Below are positions 37,655 to 50,193 of a stretch of 64,000 nucleotides of DNA, piece after piece. The number at the start of each line of letters is the position of its first letter. The stretch's first letter is position 1. This DNA comes from Podarcis filfolensis (taxonomy: Eukaryota), in assembly GCA_964270895.1 (NCBI GenBank), contig OZ185435.1. One strand, given 5' to 3'. Position numbers and translations under genes: made by a program. A model generated the notes under the pieces. The model saw only the letters and a program-made list of their open reading frames with translations, made no database searches and was not told the origin of the DNA.

Positions 37655-38150
37655 CTCCTTGTGGAGAGCATTCCACAAATGAGGAGCCACCACAGAAAAG
37701 GCCTGTTCTCGTGTTGCTACTTTCCTGACCTAAGATGATGAGCTCGGGGTTCAGGCTGGTTCGAATGAGGAGAGGCGGTCTGCAAGATATGGCTGTCCTG
37801 GATTGTTTAGGGCTTTATTGCTCACAAGCAGCATTTTGAAATGGACCTAGATTGGCAGCCAGTCCTGTCGGGGCCTGGATTGGTTTTCTATGCTTAAACT
37901 GTCTTGCCGAAATTCTGCACTAACTGAAGTTTCCCAATCGTCTTCAGAGGCAGCTCCACATATAACGCTTTGCAGTAATCCAACCTAGAGGCTACTAGAG
38001 CATCAGCAACAGTGGTTAGGCTATCCCTGCCCAGATAGAGGCACAGCTGAGCCTCCAGATGAAACTGATGGAAGGCACTCTGTGCCACCAAGGCCATCTG
38101 AGTCTCAATCAACAGCAAAGGATGCAGAAGTACCCCCAAGCTACGTACCC
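37655..38150 (-). mobile_element. Older L2 LINE fragment
   Basis: ORF 37894-38139 DALVASRLDYCKALYVELPLKTIGKLQLVQN; boundaries approximate. Confidence 0.8.
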
Positions 38151-38316
38151 GCTCTATAGAATAAAAAGCAAATGATGTAAGAAGTCCACATTGGCATCCA
38201 GTGTTACGGTAGTGTTTTGAGAGAAGATTAAGCTAGATAGTAAGTGCATAGCTAAACTTAGCATATTGTAGTGAAACAGATCTGTTGCTAAGCAATGCAA
38301 TTGTTTCTTTCCGTAG

Positions 38317-38455
38317 GTCTGAATGCATTAACAAGTTTGCCTCCGTCTTTGGGACCATGCCTCTGAAAGTGGTGGAACACCGGGCGGATCCCGTCTTGTA
38401 CAAAGATGACTTCCCTGAAAAACTGAAAAGTTTTCCTAACATTGGAAGCTTGTAA
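38317..38455 (+). CDS. EXT2: Exostosin-2 terminal coding exon (exon 14 equivalent, 139 bp to TAA)
   Basis: ccgtag|G TCT...TTG TAA; (R)[45 protein letters not shown]; the seven exons total 984 nt, in frame. Confidence 0.97.
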
Positions 38456-38742
38456 AGAATAGACGCAAGGCCAACTGGATATTGGGATCCAATACACAAA
38501 CAGTGACTGGTGCCGAGCATCAGGCCTTGGAGAAGAGTTCCTGGGCGTATTACAAAGAGGATGCAGAGGTGCCTCACTCCTGGTGTAATTCAAGCTTTTT
38601 CCATGGACAACACAGGGCAAAGAATCAAACCACATGCTGCTGCCGCCTTGCTACGTGGGTCTACTGAAATCCCATACAAATATTTATTTGTTCTACAGAC
38701 CTTACATTCTGACAAAGAGTTAAGCACAAACAATACAGAATC

Positions 38743-38744
<2 letters not shown>

Positions 38745-38778
<34 letters not shown>
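38745..38778. repeat. (AC)n microsatellite in the EXT2 3'UTR
   Basis: Direct read. Confidence 0.95.
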
Positions 38779-38788
<10 letters not shown>

Positions 38789-39692
38789 CCTCTAAGGGTC
38801 ATTGGTTGTCACCTAAATCTATTGTGGAATCTATTGTGGAAAACACTGCTATCTCTCCTAAGAGCTGCTTTCTGCTTTTGCTTCATAGACCCCACATTTC
38901 TCTTCTATGCAAGCCTGGTTTACATGCAGCCTTTGAGATTTGTGATTAGGATTAACTCTTGTGCAGATATGCTAGGGTTTTTTTTGCTGAGTAAGATTAG
39001 AAAAGAAGATTGGCATGACACTCTTATACAGACTTATACAGGGGGCAGGGAGATAGCAATTGGAGTAGAATAAATCATTTCCTTTACTCAAATTACTTCT
39101 TCACGAATGTGAATACATTTCATGTTTATTTTCACAGAAGAGAAGACTGCATGCTTGACCAGCCTCAGTCCCCTTTTCTTACTATGCTGAAACATTTTTT
39201 TCAGTTCAGATGCACGTGGTCAAGTCCTATGCAGCATCTAAACAAAGTTGATACTTTGAAACAACATGCCATGTTCTGATTCTTAAACGTGTTTCTGGAG
39301 AGAAATGCACTTTTTCTATTGGTTTGTGCAGGTATATTCACAGCTAATAAAAAGCAAACTTTTCTGACCAGCCACTATCTCAAAGCTACACACAAAGTGT
39401 TGGTACGTAGAATTCACTGCCCACAAGATAATTAAAATCCATTCACTGCCCCATAAAGGACCACAGTTCAGTAGAATGTGCTTCCCCTTGAAAGCAGTCA
39501 GCCATCAACCATCTGTACTTGTTGTACACGAAAACCTCGTTTATTTCTGTAGGCCTTCCCAGAAGAGGGACAAACCAATTCACAGATAGGAATTTGTTGG
39601 CACTTTTTAATGAAAACACATTGTATGTTTTACTGTATTTTGTTTTTGTTTTTTTTATACAGTGCAGGGTTAGCACTTCTGTAACAATTTCT

Positions 39693-39698
39693 AATAAA
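39693..39698 (+). terminator. EXT2: Probable distal EXT2 polyadenylation signal (AATAAA); alternatives at 39069-39074 and 39346-39351
   Basis: AATAAA after a U-rich, TGTA-containing 3'UTR-like tract; a SINE starts just downstream. Usage is inferred. Confidence 0.55.
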
Positions 39699-39709
39699 CA
39701 AATAATACA

Positions 39710-39810
39710 ACACATGCTTTACATGCAAACGGGTTCAGTCCCTGACATCTCAACATAGAACAGGGAAAGACTCCTATCTGAAATCCTGGGGACCCGATGT
39801 CAGTCAGTGG
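39710..39810 (+). mobile_element. Squam3-like SINE fragment directly after the candidate EXT2 poly(A) signal
   Basis: ttacatgca...ggttcagtccctgacatctc...gggaaagactcctatctgaaatcctgg...gtcagtcagtg. Confidence 0.65.
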
Positions 39811-39898
39811 AGGAAATGATGAGAATGCACATACAAAATAGTTAAAGTGGTACATCAGAATTAGCTGGACTGAGGAATGAACAGACATGCTTTTGAAT

Positions 39899-40239
39899 TG
39901 CACAGACCTCTTGCGCCTAGGACTTGCCGATCGCATGGTCGGCGGTTCGAATCCCTGCGGCGGGGTGCGCTCCCGTCGTTCGGTCCCAGCGCCTGCCACC
40001 CTAGCAGTTCGAAAGCACCCCCGGGTGCAAGTAGATAAATAGGGACCGCTTACCAGCGGGAAGGTAAACGGCGTTCCGTGTGCTGCGCTGGCTTGCCAGA
40101 TGCAGCTTGTCACGCTGGCCACGTGACCCGGAAGTGTCTGCGGACAGCGCTGTCTCCCAGCCTATAGAGTGAGATGAGCGCACAACCCTAGAGTCTGTCA
40201 AGACTGGCCCGTACGGGCAGGGGTACCTTTACCTTTACC
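39899..40239 (+). mobile_element. Sauria SINE, young CpG-rich copy with slightly truncated 5' end
   Basis: B-box ggttcgaatcc, diagnostic ctagcagttcgaaagcac...gcaagtagataaataggga and (ACCTTT)n tail. Confidence 0.9.
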
Positions 40240-43200
40240 AGAAGTTAATTGGAATAACATGTATAGATTGATTTATGTTGAGTTTTTTTCTTGAGCCAGC
40301 ACAGCAGCAGCTACTACCCAAACTAAAGATAATAGGCTTACGTTTATGTTCATCTAGGTGAGGAAAGACTTTTCCTCTTCGCACCAACAGTATGGCGTTC
40401 CAGTTTGATGCATTATGGAAGATTAGCACATCTCTCTGAAGCCCACTCCACTGTTGTTTTCAGAGGTTACTCTTATCTACGGTGTCTGCTCATGCGATTT
40501 ACCTAACTGCAAGCTGCATGACAAGTGCTAGGAACCTTTTTCATCCTTCTCACGTGAGTCTGAATGAAAGAAATTGAGAATTGCATAGATTCTCCCCCAC
40601 CCCCAGTATCCTGGTGAAAAACGGGCTTGCTCCTTGGCAGGGTGATACTGATAGAACACTGGCTGGAAGGGGGTGTTTCAACTTCAAACTCTCAGGGAGT
40701 TATAAAGTAGACTATTCCGTTCATTAGGGAAGACGGGTTTTTCCTACATAGTTTTTTCTAAAGTTTTCCAGATTACATCCTGTGCTATATCTTTGACTAG
40801 AAAATAATGATAGATGATGGAGGATTCGCTGATTTCAAAACACCAGGAGCTTTATTTTGAGCCACAAAGAAGTCTTCAGTAGAATCTGATTTGCAAAAGG
40901 CTTATCACTGTAACTAATTTTGCATCTGTTCTGAGTGAGATAGTGGGCAAAGGACTCTCCTTCCTTCTGGTTTAAGAGTGCTTCATCTAAGCTGGTTCTC
41001 TTTTCCTTGGTGCAAGGCAAGTGAGAGTGGGCCATTCTCTTTTTTTACCAGTGAGAACTTAAGCTCAACAATCTAACTACTTTTTATGTATGTTTCATTA
41101 TAAACTATCATCCCTGCCCCTAAGCTCATTTTAGGAATATAGTGTGCAAGTTCTTTAAAAAGTTATCCTACATCTATTGGTGTTCCGCAATTTGATTTTC
41201 TTTATCTGGGATAAGCTCTACTTTTAAGCTGAACTGCTGCAGAATCTATGCCCATCTTTGCAGTGTTTCATGTCCTTTTAATTCTTGCCCCCATTCACAA
41301 GGCCTTAGTTTGTCTATAGCAGTTAGTTGCTCCTAATTGTAAAAATTATTTCACAATACTTCTGCCATTAGAAGGTATTTGTGTCCACCAGTGTGAACTA
41401 GGTGTAAAGTTAGGGTAAACGATTACCCTGACTTCCTTTCCATTTTTTGCAAAATTGCAAATAAGACCAGATACATATTTTTAAAATAAGGAAGAATATT
41501 TGTTCCCTAAGTGCCAGAGATTTTAAGACACCTAACAATTCATAAACCTTTGTTTCATTATAGGGCTCATTTCATAACCAATCCATTTATCTGTTTCATC
41601 AGTTAAGCACCAGCTATCTTTGACAGCTTCTGCTTCTTTATCTCACCTCTTCCACAATCCACATTTCCTAAGCTATGATAAGGATGTGGATATCTCAAAC
41701 ATGGTTTACTAGTTACCTTCTCAGGTGTTACTAGATCAGTATATTCTTTAGGTGTTTCTGATACACTACCAGTATCTCCAACCTGAAACATCATCCTGTT
41801 CCAACTGTATGGAATCAGGGTTTTTTCTGGAAAATGTGACGTTTCAATGTTACCTTTCAAGATGTCACCCTTGGTGATTCCTCTTAGTGTCACTGATAGT
41901 TCTTGACTTCCAGTCTTAGGGTTCATCCACACTTTCATTTGACCCATGTTTTTTGTTATATTACATATTGATCTCTCATCCTGGGTCCAAGAGCTGCTCT
42001 TTTTCCTCCACTGCTTGCTCCAATTAGAACCCGATGCTAACTGCTGAATCAGGTTTTACGAGATCCAGAGTTACTGTGTTGTCATGTTATCACCCTAAAT
42101 GTGTGTATCTCGGCTGTAGTATGTTAATGCATATTTTCATAAAGGCAAATCATACATAACTGGGAGGGCAATTGTACCCACTGCCACAGGTTTATCAACT
42201 GGAAGATAAACTAAGTGGAATTCTGATTGGCAAATGGAATCTCATTTCACACATGGCATTTTTAAAGGTGTACACTAAATGTTAACTGCACATCTGAAAG
42301 TGAAAATGTGAATGCAGTAAATGGGTTTGTACTTTTGTCAGGGAGCTATGATAAGCTGCAGCTCCTTGTTGAGTGTACACTCAGTAGCAAAATGAGTGTA
42401 CACTCACATTTGCTGCTGCCTAATGTGAAAACATTCAGAAGCAGGCTGAAATATCCCTTTCTTACCCACCTAGATTTCAGAAGCATTAAGTGAACAAACT
42501 CTTTGAAGGAGTTCCAGTGAAGGTTGCTTTTTAAAATAAAAGTCTTCAACCAGTAAAATGTGTCACAGGTATGGTCCTAAAACATTTCACAGCTGCATTT
42601 ATATTGGAAACCATTTTTTCTTCTACTGTCTGTTTGCATTCTTTAATGACATTGTCCAGGGACCACTTTTCCCCTGTGTGTGTGTAAATGCGTTTTCTTT
42701 TTAAAAATTAAAACATTTGTAAATACAATGTGCCTGAGTCAATATATTCTCTTGATTGTACAACCTGAGGGGATAGTAATCTTAACAATGTATCAAAGAT
42801 GACTTGTGATTTGGGGGTGGGGGATATTTTAAAAGAAAATATGCCAGAGTGTGTATGTTCTGTTTTACTCATGGAAAATTTTACTGTGGGTACTAGCAGC
42901 TCTACTCTGATTCTTAAAACAAAAAACAACACATAAGCAAACACAAAATCTACACCGAATCTTCTAAAAATAACTCTTCAAGCATCTGGTGGGTTTCAGC
43001 AAATAATTTTAATATATATAGATGCTGCATCTTTTTTTTTTTTAGAAGCAGATATTTTTATTCTACAGGTGAGAAAATGGAGGGTCTTGAACATGGTGTA
43101 CCATATAAAGCTCAGGTAGCAGCTCATCTGGCATTATATCCCAGGGTTGGAGGTTAGAAATTATCATCATCATTTATTTTCTAATCAACTTTTAAACAAC

Positions 43201-43344
43201 TGTCTCAATGTGATGTGCACTGCAGGTAATATTAAACAGTTAAACACAAAAACAGCAAATACATTTACAAAACCATACAAAGTAGATACAAGGTAGATTG
43301 ACCTTTCTTTCTGCTAGCTGATGTTTGGTATAGCAAGGTACTGC

Positions 43345-43578
43345 TGTAATCCTTTCACAAACCCTGTAAAATAGGCCAGTATCCCATTACAGCAGGGGTG
43401 GTGACCCTGTGGCCTTAGCCATGGGATATGATGGGAATTGGTGGCGAACATTAAATGGAGAGCCATCAGTTCACCGTTCCTACATTACAGGTATGGAGCT
43501 GTGGTTTGAGAGGCAGTAGCTTGTCAAAGGGCCACCTCATCAGGCTACAGGCTAAACTTTGAACCTGGGATTTAGGAC
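43345..43578 (-). mobile_element. MIR-like SINE interrupted by a nested MITE
   Basis: cctttcacaaaccctgtaaaatagg...ttgaacctgggattt. Confidence 0.6.
43393..43482. mobile_element. 90-bp hAT-type MITE with 8-bp TSD
   Basis: TSD cattacag at 43385-43392 and 43483-43490; begins CAGGGGTGG. Confidence 0.75.
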
Positions 43579-46500
43579 ACATACCTCATTTTTTTAACCA
43601 GTGTACAATATTCACAGTCCCTGCAGCTTTGCACTTCCAAACATAGGTGTGTAATCTATAGTGTTAATGTGATTCTAACTTCCCTTCCCCACCCATTCAC
43701 AATCAACACTAGAAATGAATTAACCTCAAAAGGAAGTGCATGAATTAAAGCCCATTTAGTTTATTTTAAAATCAACATTCCCTGATACTTAACAGCTATT
43801 GAAGTTGGTGGGACATAATTTAAATCCAAGGGTTGGTTGGGGTTTTTTTTTGCTTGCCTGTACTTTGCTCAAGGATAGAAGTTGATCAGAGGATGAGAAA
43901 AGCAAGGCCAATTGAGGAAACAGAAATATAGAGGGGGGTATATGTGATTTGTGTATTTTTCAAAGCCTGCACGGTCTTGGACATAGCAATCATCCCTTTT
44001 CAAACAATAGTTTCTGTGTTCCTTTAGACTCATTTCATTAAAAGAAAACGTAACCTAGTGCCACAGACATGTATGATATTTAGTTTAGTTAAACTGCAGA
44101 AGTCTCGTTTTCTAAGGAGCTGAGAAAAATAAGAAAATACAAATAATTGCTAGAACTCAACTTGAGCAAGCAGGGGCAGAGATGGTTTTCCTTCACCTTT
44201 TTCTTGGGACTGCAAACTATACTGACATTCCCTCAGCACTCTGAATCTCCTCGCCACAGCATGTTAAGCTGAGCTATATACATTTGAGGGAGGTAGGATT
44301 CTGTTTTCCCAAAAGCTATACACACATTTGGAGCATTCATTGCTGTAGTTTTTAAGCATGCTTGAAATCTGAAGTAGTCCAGTTATGTTCTCCATGAGAG
44401 TAGATCAGAAGCTACAATAGACTGAATCCTACTCAATGCCACAGGAAACATGAACCAAGATGGCTGCCCTTTATGGCAAGGCAGGCTGGCCCAAAGCACT
44501 AGCTAGCCCAGCACCACGCCATCAGCCCACCAGTATTTATGATTGGTGTGTTGCTCTCAGCCTACCTCAAGTCTGAAGCTATTTGAAATCTCTTGCCTTT
44601 TCTGTGTAATTTCAGTTCTGAACTCACCACTGTTTTACAGTCCTACATCTGCTGAGCTTCAGGATTCCACCGCCTGCCAGGTTCTTGTGGCGGTGGCTGT
44701 GAAGGAAAAGTTGTGTTTCTCATTAAGGGGATAACAAATGGCAACATCTGAGACAATTAGTTGAAATGGAGCAGTGATGGTGGTGGCTGAGGCGTAATCC
44801 ACTGGAGGAAATGCAGCACAGCCCTGATAGGTATTCCCAGCAGAAATTCCAGCAGGCTTTCTGAGAAGGGATTCTGAATGGAGAGAGGCCCCCTATTTGC
44901 CAGCTTCGTTTTCCGGAGTTGGTTCCAATAATTCCTCTCCGAATGTCCTTGACTTTATCCTCGTTCGCCTTGATTGTCAGTTTACTTGAAGAAAGAAGGA
45001 GTTAAGAAACACTTAACTCATTCACCACCTAACTTCTGTGAGACTTAAGAAATGCAGAATCTCAGTTTCTGGTTGCCCTTTGTATCAATTTAAATAATAT
45101 AGCACCTTGATTCCTTGCTTGGAGCAGTGGCACCGCCACACTACATGCACAATGGATATGGCAGTTTAAGAGCCCGAAATATTAACATTTGAACATCCTG
45201 TTGGGGATCATTAAGATCTCAAAAGTACGGCTCCTTGTTTAGAGCTACATCTGAAGTTGGATCTTCCAGTGCAAATGCTCAGACTGGCAAATAAAGTGAA
45301 AATTCTGTGAGCAATGTGGGAGATGAGATTATAATGGCTTTTATGTGGGTCTGCAGAAAACAGGAGTCTGAGCTGCAAATATCTGTGGTTTCTAGAAGTT
45401 TAAAGTCAAATGTGCTTCCCATCATTTATACAGAATTCTGAATTACTTTAATTACCTATATATAAAATAACTAGAACTTATAGTTACTACATTCTGTACT
45501 TGTATGTAGGTAATACATCAACGTTCATAGAACCCTCCTTTAGTTATCTGCACTCACGCTGACTTTTTAATGCTATGGTTTTTTACTTTGATATAGTGCC
45601 TCTGTTGTGAAAAGTGCAGGTGTTTGAAAAACTGACACCTTTCCTTTTAAGATGCACACGCACTGGAGCTAAATATAATCCTAAGAGATGTAAAGCCTAG
45701 AAGGGCACAAAGAGGCTAATGGCCTGAGCCTGTCTGCCTCATCAGTAACTTTCAATCTAAAGATAAATAGCTGGCAATAGATGGAAGAGGAAGGATACAA
45801 CCAACAAATTCTTATTTGTCTTGGATTAAAAGTAACACCTTGACACCTGGTTTCCATATGGCCATAAAGAGATGCCTTTGCCACTTTCTCATAAGCAGCA
45901 ATGATTGTTCTGCATTATTAAAAGATTAGACCACTCATCTTTGAAAGGAAAATGTAAAGAAGAAAAAGCTGAACTAGTAGCTTATTAAACATTACTTTTC
46001 CATGATGAAATTTCACACCTAAATGGGTTTAGCCTATTAAACAGCTCTCAAATCTTCTAGCCATAAAATTCAACAGCTGTGAGGACTCTTTGTATTCTGC
46101 AGTCAGTGTCCTGACCTGGCCAGCTCCTTCCCTGTATGTAATGAGAAAATAACCCAGAAGCCTTTAGGGTTTCTCTTTTTTATATACATCCTGATCCATT
46201 TCCCCTTGCCACCTCTCCCTCCTGCTCTCCAATTATAGGAGGATTCAGATGACCTGCCTGTCCCTGCAGTATTATTTTTTGTATGAAGAAACATAAATTG
46301 AGCAGGATACATTTCACACCCCTTCACTATGCTCACCCAATAAATTTGAAGACGTTGTTCAAAGCAAGTCTATGGAATAAAGTACAGTATAACTGCTTTG
46401 AGTTACTATGCTGTTTAAACACATAACTATGTAAAAAGAACCCAAGAATGCTCTATCCTTTACAGGGTTTTGCAGGAATGGGAGAAACAGAAAGACCATC

Positions 46501-46699
46501 AAGCAATGGAATGTGGAGCTGGTTCCTCCACAAGTGGCTGCCCTAGATTGGGCAGTACAGTGGCCTATTCTAAGAATGGCACAGTTCAGCGAACTGTAAG
46601 TCAGCTACCATGTGAGGGGCAAGGGTGTGAAGGAAAGCATGTTACACAATCTTGTGTAAGTTCAGGAACTACCTGGTCCCATTGCCAGATATTTGCTTC

Positions 46700-46805
46700 C
46701 TTTGTGTTTTTAGATTTTGCTGGAAGCCACCCAGAGTGGTTGAGGCAACCCAGTCAGATGGGCGACATTTTACTATTATTATTAGTAGTAGTAGTAGTAG
46801 TAGTA
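46700..46805 (+). mobile_element. L2 3'-terminal fragment with (ATT)/(AGT)n tail
   Basis: gccacccagagtggttgaggcaacccagtcagatgggc... same terminus as the 14040 and 34865 copies. Confidence 0.75.
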
Positions 46806-47062
46806 AGCCAAGCTTGAACACATCCTCCATTGTGATCTCCAAGCTGCACCAAGCTTACTCTCAGTACCACCATCTATTTGCCATATCCCTACTGTGTAGA
46901 GAAGCATTCCTGCTGGCTGTCCTGTAACTTGTGGGAGAGGGGTTATTGGTTTGTTTGATTATGTGTGTTCTCATTGGGTATGTTTATGTTTTGGCCACCA
47001 TGTGATCTTCAGGTGAAGGGCAGTATCCAAACTGAACAACAACAACCACAACAACAGAAAAT

Positions 47063-47132
47063 GGGTGTAGCTCAATGGTAAAGCATTTGCTTGCATTCAG
47101 ATGGTCCAAGGTTCAATCCTAAGCATCTCCAG
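47063..47132 (+). mobile_element. tRNA-Ala-like SINE head or tRNA pseudogene
   Basis: A-box tagctcaatgg, anticodon loop cttgcat, B-box ggttcaatcc, ends catctcca; stems mismatched. Confidence 0.7.
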
Positions 47133-47134
47133 AA

Positions 47135-47345
47135 CTTCCATGTCACTAAACAATATGGCTCCTCCCATAACTATTTTCTATAAATGGCCTTGAAGGTTGG
47201 AGTGGAACCACTGGGTTACAGTACCCCCAATCCTCACCTCTCAGAGCCTTCCCAGAAGGATACAGGTCAACTATATCAAAAGCCACTGAGAGATCGAGAA
47301 TGAGCAGGTTGGCATTCTCTTTTGCCCAACAAATGACATCAACCA
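47135..47345 (-). mobile_element. L2 RT fragment
   Basis: ORF 47146-47370 contains LLILDLSVAFDIVD (RT LDLSAAFD-like motif). Confidence 0.65.
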
Positions 47346-47719
47346 GCATGAGCGCACAGTGGAAACCCAAAGGAAAACAAATGTCAGAATTGGTAATTTG
47401 TGGCGCTTCTCAAGTGAGCATCTGTTGAACAGAAACCTAGATCACTTTTGGGTTCTGATCACAGACTGATCCCTTAATAAGTTATATGGAGAACCACTCC
47501 CGACTTAATTTCCCATGTGCACATGCACTTCAAAATGCAAACCTATGAGCACCAATGCTGCATCAAAATCATCCTCTACTTTTCTCCTTCTTCTTTCAGG
47601 TCTTTGGTCCATCTACCAGCAGCCTCTCAACTCACTGGATGTCTCATGTTTTGCCTGCAGGATGTTCCCGTCACTGCCTCTTGGCTGCCAAGAATCTCTA
47701 GAGGCAGGGAGGCTGCGCG

Positions 47720-47733
47720 CTGCCACCTGTTGT
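47720..47733 (-). promoter_or_regulatory. CTCF-like motif ACAACAGGTGGCAG(CGC)
   Basis: 12/14 match by eye, in a small CpG-bearing intergenic patch. Confidence 0.35.
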
Positions 47734-48265
47734 TAATCTAGCCTTGTTTAATCCATTCTGCTCTGTGTCAGCAGTTCAAAAGGGCACTGTTAGTATTTTT
47801 TGCCAACTTCAATTAACGTGAGATTTTGGAGGCCCCCCTCCGATCGCATTTCATCTGCCATGAGTCAGGCACAAAATAGACAGATTTCAGTTAGAAGCAG
47901 AGAAGAGATGGTTATGGCAACAAAGAAGAAGAAAAATAATACTTATTTGGATCTCTTCTGCCTGTTCTCTGGGTGTTTGTCTGTCTTTTCCCAGCAACTT
48001 TCTTTCTGTTTGAATATTGTTTGTAGCTCTAAGGGATTTTGTTTCTCTCCCACCCTCTACTCTATGGAAAGAAAAGTCTTAAGTGCAATACCTTACAGCA
48101 GCAGCAGCAGCAGAAGCAACAGAAAAACAAGATTCAAAGTAGTTTGTTCTTTTTTTAATATTACAATGTAATGAATTTGCAGTACATATCTGTATAGGCA
48201 GTAAAATTGTATGGCACAACCTCACACTGCAATTTTTGTGGGCATTTTTTTTTCCATTCCATTAT

Positions 48266-48271
48266 TTTATT
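48266..48271 (-). terminator. ALX4: Candidate distal ALX4 polyadenylation signal (AATAAA on - strand)
   Basis: Minus strand reads ...ttgtaagatattgtaaccttgtataaatgc...ttcaagAATAAAataatgg... with upstream TGTA motifs and a GT-containing tract downstream; implies a 3'UTR of about 5.7 kb. Other TTTATT hits exist nearer the stop. Confidence 0.45.
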
Positions 48272-50193
48272 CTTGAACATTTTTGAATGTATATTTTCAT
48301 ATATTCTGCCCCAGGCCATAAAGCTAAAGGGAAAAAAAGTTGCATTTATACAAGGTTACAATATCTTACAACAATAATATTGACTGAGGTTTGTTTTCTT
48401 GCGATCTTTCTCCCATTCTCGCTTTCAAACACTGCACACCCAAAAAAATCTGATATATTATTATACATTGAAAACTGTCCTTCAACATCAGTAGTATAAA
48501 AGTCCTAGCGCTATCTATGTTCATGGAAGGAGTACTGGTTTGGGTAATACATTACCCGGATTTGTGGTAAAGGGTCACAACTGGTGTGTGGGGAGGGGGG
48601 GAAAGTCACACTTTGGTTTCCCTGCACTACCATCCATGAAGTTGAAAGCAATCAAAAGCTTTCATCTGTTCAGCCTAACTCTGCCCCAGTTCCCATTTGG
48701 GCTTTTTTTTTTTTTTTTAATTCCAAGTGTTTGCTTTTTTGCTATGTCAGTCAAAGCAGCAAAATAAACATGGAGTTCTCAGCGGCTGTGTCTGCCTGAT
48801 CATTTTTCAACCATTTCCAGGAAGCTACCTTTTTCACTGTTGTTTGTTTTCAGAGTGTTTTACAACGTACTGTGAAAACTTAGCATACACTAAGACAAGG
48901 AATAACCATCCAAAAGAAGAAGAAAGACATAGGGATACCCTGCCCCCCTCGCGCCAAATGCTCATATAGCTTACATTCTGTTGCTCTGGCCAGCAGATAA
49001 TGTTACCATGGGAAGGAGAGCAAGCCAATGCTCCATCAAAACAGCCCTCTTGACCATGGTAGTATTCAGGGTACTGGATTTGTCCCTAGAACATCTAATT
49101 GCTGACCCCAGAAAGCCTCCTGAGTTCATTTATGTCCAACACAGAGTAAAACCAGGCAGAGAACTCTTGTGGAGGGCAGGCATTAATGGAATTCTCTTGC
49201 TTGGGATACATTTTTTGTTAGAACTACAAGCTATGTTAGACTCTGGGCTGCCGCTAAAATGGCAGCCCTGTGTTGGCTTTTCCTGCGATGTTTAGCCATG
49301 CTTGCCCATGTCATTTCCATGCCTACATCCCAGTCTCAGCCAATGAGGCGGAGCAGGGGCAAAGACGTGTCTCAACATAAGTGGCAGGAGGGCTTGGCAG
49401 AGGGCTGCTGGTTTTGGCAGCAGCTCCATTTCAGAGCACAATGTTTTATTTTGTCCTTGGGGGTGAGTTTACTTAGTCAACAAATGTGTACATGTTGCAT
49501 TGAACAGTTCAGTGCATAGTCCACAGCACCCCTCCAATTATCCTGAAATGTCTTCTGAAGGATCTGCTGAGGTACAGTCTAGATATAAACTGAACCGTTC
49601 ATACACAAAGCCACGTTGGAGTTGACATCAGCATGTGACCAGCAGACTTCAAGCAAACCTAGTCTTAGGCAAAGTACACTTGAAATACATTTCTTGTGCA
49701 CACAGACTTCACACACCACACTCTTGTACACTACTGCATGCATGTATGGTCTGCAGTGCGCAGCTAGAGTTGGCCACCTCGCTGTTCTAAAGCAACAAAA
49801 TAATGGCACGTTGCTCACCACATTGACTTTGGGGTGGAGCCCAAACTTTTAGCCCCACCCTGGCATTGTGTCTTTTCCCTGAAGTACCTGCACATTGTGC
49901 ACCGTTTCTTGTAGAGAAACCCCAACATGTGAACTTGGCTTGGTTGAGCAAGTGCCTCTACATGTGAACAGGAGTTTGGATGTTTGGGTTTCGCCACAGG
50001 CAGCCATATGCATGATGTCAGGGCTAAAAAGCCTGGCTCTGCTACGAAGCACATTTGGTAACGTGCTGCACATGAATAACTTGTGAATAGGACTTATACA
50101 TACAGCAATGTACCCCTCAAAGTTAGCGTCCAGCAAGATGACCATTTTTGGAGCTGCAGATTTCATGCTGAAAGCTAAGGCAGCAGCAAAAGA

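Noticed and set aside
38453-38506. Stop-codon readthrough extension of EXT2 (16 aa)
   Set aside because: TAA-A is not a leaky context and nothing supports it
38510-39073. 187-aa ORF in the EXT2 3'UTR
   Set aside because: GTG start, runs through the (AC)n repeat, low-complexity composition, no recognisable domain
47063-47132. tRNA-Ala(TGC)-like sequence as a functional tRNA gene
   Set aside because: Acceptor, anticodon and T stems carry mismatches and no oligo-T terminator follows; related heads occur in SINEs elsewhere in the window
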